Of a stretch of DNA of 38,844 bases, positions 38,711 to 38,844 are shown piece after piece (position 1 is the stretch's first letter; each line of letters begins with the position of its first letter). The position numbers and the translations under genes were made by a program. The notes beneath the pieces are model-generated. The model had not been told where the DNA came from. It did not search any database and saw nothing but the letters and a program-made list of their open reading frames with translations. This DNA comes from Patescibacteria group bacterium (GTDB lineage: Bacteria; Patescibacteriota; Microgenomatia; UBA1400; PJMF01): contig JAHIVL010000061.1 in assembly GCA_018816485.1 (NCBI GenBank), positions 1 through 38,844 of the forward strand, written 5' to 3'.

Positions 38711-38844
38711 CACAAGTCGCTCCTCTATGGGAAAGTGTTCCACCACCAAGGTATGGTGGAATAGAAATGGGAGTATCACTCTTAACAGAAGGACTAGTAA
38801 AAAAAGGTCATGATGTAACGCTATTTGCAGCTGGTACTTCAAAA
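38695..38844 (+). CDS. Glycosyltransferase family 4, N-terminal part (runs off the window)
   Basis: MALKIAQVAPLWESVPPPRYGGIE...GLVKKGHDVTLFA. Confidence 0.88.
   Translation, partial: MALKIAQVAPLWESVPPPRYGGIEMGVSLLTEGLVKKGHDVTLFAAGTSK

Overview
AT-rich bacterial window read in standard code 11. Its gene content suggests Patescibacteria/CPR, probably Microgenomates (inference). The left part (1-11.5 kb) is housekeeping and envelope genes: pth, an MFS transporter, a GH3 NagZ-like hydrolase, an Lgt-DUF192 fusion, a VirD4/HerA-like ATPase and a MacAB-like ABC system. Next come a rare tRNA-Ile(UAU) with a duplicated 3' end, an IS-scarred GT4 insert, two Cys-rich/PT-linker surface proteins (one with LPxTG), pgk and rpsA. 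A stand-alone tRNA-Ala-23S-5S unit lacks 16S. Its 23S carries three group I introns at E. coli-equivalent L1931 (with a LAGLIDADG endonuclease), L2500 and L2593. The most striking feature is a ~7.7 kb defence-type island (SEC-C/TPR protein, broken AlbA/HATPase gene, AAA-DUF234 ATPase, AbiEi/AbiEii) bounded by an 82-bp direct repeat of the 5S rRNA 3' half, with a nested 73-bp direct repeat of the abiE promoter and start. The window ends in wzm-wzt-queC-like-GT4. All calls come from motifs read by eye; no searches were run.
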